A stretch of DNA of 53,924 bases from Gemmatimonadota bacterium (GTDB lineage: Bacteria > Gemmatimonadota > Gemmatimonadetes > Palauibacterales > Palauibacteraceae), in assembly GCA_036679495.1 (NCBI GenBank), contig JAZDDE010000080.1, positions 1-53,924 of the forward strand, in the 5' to 3' direction. The notes below the pieces were generated by a model that saw only the letters and a program-made list of their open reading frames with translations, made no database searches and was not told the DNA's origin. Position numbers and translations under genes: made by a program. Numbering within the stretch: the first letter of the stretch is position 1; every line of letters begins with the position of its first letter. Positions 51,823 through 53,924 of this stretch are shown here, piece by piece.

Positions 51823-52077
51823 ATGTCCATCGCGGTTTTCGTTCTGCTGATCATTTTCGTTTTGGGCCCGATCGGTCGTGCGGTGGCTCACCGGATCAGC
51901 AAAGCGGGAGCGACTCCGATCGCGCCGGAAGCCGAGGAAGTGCGGCAACTCCGCGAACAGGTGGCGGACCTACAGGGGCACGTGACAGAGTTGGCGGACA
52001 AACAGGAGTTTATGACGCGTTTGCTGGAGGCGGGACCGTCCGCGGCGTCTGACTTCACAGAGGATACAGGCAAATGA
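51823..52077 (+). CDS. Small single-pass membrane protein with coiled coil (PspB-like architecture)
   Basis: 84 aa; N-terminal TM, then EVRQLREQVADLQGHVTELADKQEFMTRLL heptads; ATGA overlap with next gene. Confidence 0.7.
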   Translation: MSIAVFVLLIIFVLGPIGRAVAHRISKAGATPIAPEAEEVRQLREQVADLQGHVTELADKQEFMTRLLEAGPSAASDFTEDTGK

Positions 52078-52472
52078 AGACTCGAGAAGACATCGAGAGC
52101 TATCTGATCCGTACCGGGATCGATCACGAGGAGATCGGCGAAGCCATGTGGCTCGTCGAATCGGCAGATGAGCCCGATGGGGCAGGCCAGAGGCCCAGGA
52201 TCGTAGTGAGTGTCACCGATCCGCTCGTGCTACTGCGGGCCAGCCTTGGCACCGCGCCCTCAGACGAGAAGGAGAGGCTCAGCGCATTTCAGTCTCTTCT
52301 GCAGCGAAACGCGACCGATCTGGTTCATGGGGCGTATGGCCTGGAGGAGGACGAGGTCATCCTGAGCGATTCCATGGAACTCGAGAATCTAGACTATTCG
52401 GAGTTTCTGGCTTCGCTGGAGAGCCTTTCGATCGCGCTCGCATCGCACCGTCTACAACCCGCAACCGACTGA
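52074..52472 (+). CDS. CesT/YbjN-like (type III secretion chaperone fold) protein
   Basis: 132 aa, acidic; LLQRNATDLVHGAYGLEEDEVILSDSMELENLDYSEF pattern. Confidence 0.75.
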   Translation: MKTREDIESYLIRTGIDHEEIGEAMWLVESADEPDGAGQRPRIVVSVTDPLVLLRASLGTAPSDEKERLSAFQSLLQRNATDLVHGAYGLEEDEVILSDSMELENLDYSEFLASLESLSIALASHRLQPATD

Positions 52473-52481
52473 GCTAGAACC

Positions 52482-53312
52482 ATGGGAATCTTTGAGCGAC
52501 TGTCGCGTTTGCTTCGCTCCAACATAAACGACCTCATCGCCCGGGCGGAAAACCCGGAGAAGATGCTCGTGCAGGTCATCGATGACATGCGCAAACAGCT
52601 GGCTCAAGCAAAACAGGAAGTCGCAGTTGCGATTGCCGATGAGCGGAAGCTGAGAGCGCAGGTCGAAGAGGAACGGAAGCAGGCGCTGGAATGGGAACGG
52701 CGAGCCCGGCTGGCCGTGAGGGAGGGCAGGGATGACCTGGCCAAACAGGCCCTGGTGCGAGGCCAGGAGCACGCGACCAACGCCGCTGAGATGGGCGAGC
52801 AGTGGGAACGTCACCGCGCAGAGACGGACCGGCTGAAGGACTCATTGCGTCAGCTCAACTCCAAGATAGAAGAGGCGAAGCGGAAGAAGAACCTTCTCAT
52901 CGCCAAACAGAGGCGAGCTCAGGCGCAGAAACGAATCCACGACACAATGGCGGGGATTGAAGACAAGAGCGCCTTCCGCAGCTTCGATCAGATGGTCGAG
53001 AAGATCGAGGAAACCGAGCGCAAGGCCCTGGCGGCCGCCGAAGTCACCGAAGAGTTGCAAGGCGACGATCTCAGCCGTGAGTTCACAGTGCTGGAGGCCG
53101 GCGGCGACACGGATGTAGAGCACAGGTTGGCGGCTCTGAAGCGAGACATGGGGCTCCTTGCGGCTCCCGAGGCGGCGGAGGAGACGAAGGCTCTCGAGTC
53201 CGGGGATGATGAAAGCGAAGACGGCAAGGACGCGCCCGACATTGTCCCGATGGACGCCGAAGTGATCGCGAAAGTCTCCGAGACTGCGGACGAGGCGGGA
53301 GAGAAGGCCTAG
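52482..53312 (+). CDS. pspA: PspA/IM30 family protein
   Basis: MGIFERLSRLLRSNIN amphipathic helix, ENPEKML, ARLAVREGRDDLAKQAL, FDQMVEKIEE; acidic C-terminal tail. Confidence 0.95.
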   Translation: MGIFERLSRLLRSNINDLIARAENPEKMLVQVIDDMRKQLAQAKQEVAVAIADERKLRAQVEEERKQALEWERRARLAVREGRDDLAKQALVRGQEHATNAAEMGEQWERHRAETDRLKDSLRQLNSKIEEAKRKKNLLIAKQRRAQAQKRIHDTMAGIEDKSAFRSFDQMVEKIEETERKALAAAEVTEELQGDDLSREFTVLEAGGDTDVEHRLAALKRDMGLLAAPEAAEETKALESGDDESEDGKDAPDIVPMDAEVIAKVSETADEAGEKA

Positions 53313-53373
53313 GCAGCACGGCCTGGAGCGCCCAGTCAATCCGTGCTTGCGTTGACTGCGCCGTGAGCTTGCG

Positions 53374-53924
53374 TTGAGCCTGTGGGCCGTAGCCTCCCGG
53401 CCCTCCTTCATCATTCTGGCCGAGGGTCTGTTCGACAACGAGACCTCGAAGACTGCGGCCAGCGCGATCCGCTATCTACCGGACCGCGTTCAGTGCGTCA
53501 TCGACTCTATGCACGCCGGCCGGACTGCCGAGCAAGTACTGGGATTCGGCGGCGATATTCCGATCGTCGGCACGCTCGAAGAAGCGCTGCTAACGGCCGC
53601 TGCGCCGACTGGGGATCCTTCCCGCGCCATCCTCATCGGGATCGCTCCTCAGGGTGGCGTGCTGCCCCCAGAAGCCAGAGCCCTTCTTCTCAGAGCGATC
53701 GACGCTGGACTTGGAATTTGGAGCGGACTGCACACCTTTCTGTCTGACGATCCGGAGCTAAGCGCACGTGCTGCCCAAGCCGACGTATCCCTTGTCGATC
53801 TGAGGCGTCCTCCGGGCGACATCCCGGTGGCCACGGGCAGGGCGGCTGCGTCGAACGCGTTTCGAGTTCTGGCCGTGGGAACGGACTGCAACGTGGGCAA
53901 GATGACGGTTAGCCTGGAGCTGCG
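53374..53924 (+). CDS. DUF1611 family protein (DgcN-like), 3'-truncated by the window edge; absent from ORF track
   Basis: Hand translation from TTG 53374: ...IILAEGLFDNETSKTAASAIRY...IGIAPQGG...SGLHTFLSDDPE...DLRRPP...VGTDCNVGKMTVSLEL. Confidence 0.88.
   Translation, partial: MSLWAVASRPSFIILAEGLFDNETSKTAASAIRYLPDRVQCVIDSMHAGRTAEQVLGFGGDIPIVGTLEEALLTAAAPTGDPSRAILIGIAPQGGVLPPEARALLLRAIDAGLGIWSGLHTFLSDDPELSARAAQADVSLVDLRRPPGDIPVATGRAAASNAFRVLAVGTDCNVGKMTVSLEL

Overview
GC-rich bacterial chromosomal window; gene content and protein style suggest Gemmatimonadota (inference, not verifiable here). The left ~10 kb is accessory and on the minus strand: (i) an outer-membrane barrel / YVTN propeller / Ig+LVIVD propeller operon divergent from the RNase P RNA gene rnpB (4312-4683); (ii) a four-gene chaperone-usher-like pilus locus (major pilin, PapD-like chaperone, paralogous minor pilin, non-canonical usher-like protein with N-terminal Ig-like and C-terminal SdrD-B-like domains). 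The pilus locus is preceded by a 54-aa ribbon-helix-helix-like gene missing from the ORF track, a duplicated sigma54-type promoter module and a divergent TetR gene. From 9919 to the end all supported genes are on the plus strand: TetR, M16 peptidase pair, ECF sigma/anti-sigma, holA, SPOR protein, mutS, TonB-CTD lipoprotein, cystathionine beta-synthase, ddl, rhomboid, EF-G paralog, yebC, ruvCAB, queA, tgt, yajC, def, fmt, thiE/tenI-like, thiS, thiG, rsmB, PASTA protein, YbbR-like, tsaD, lgt, metallophosphoesterase, tamA, tamB, DAG-kinase-like, lysA, uvrA, a PspB-like/CesT-like/pspA module and a truncated DUF1611 gene. No CRISPR array, tRNA, rRNA, transposase or integrase was found. Best candidate for an undescribed system: the pilus-like locus and its regulatory cassette (4683-10485). 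Second: a putative ECF-sigma-driven Psp module. All family assignments are from motif recognition by eye, not database searches.
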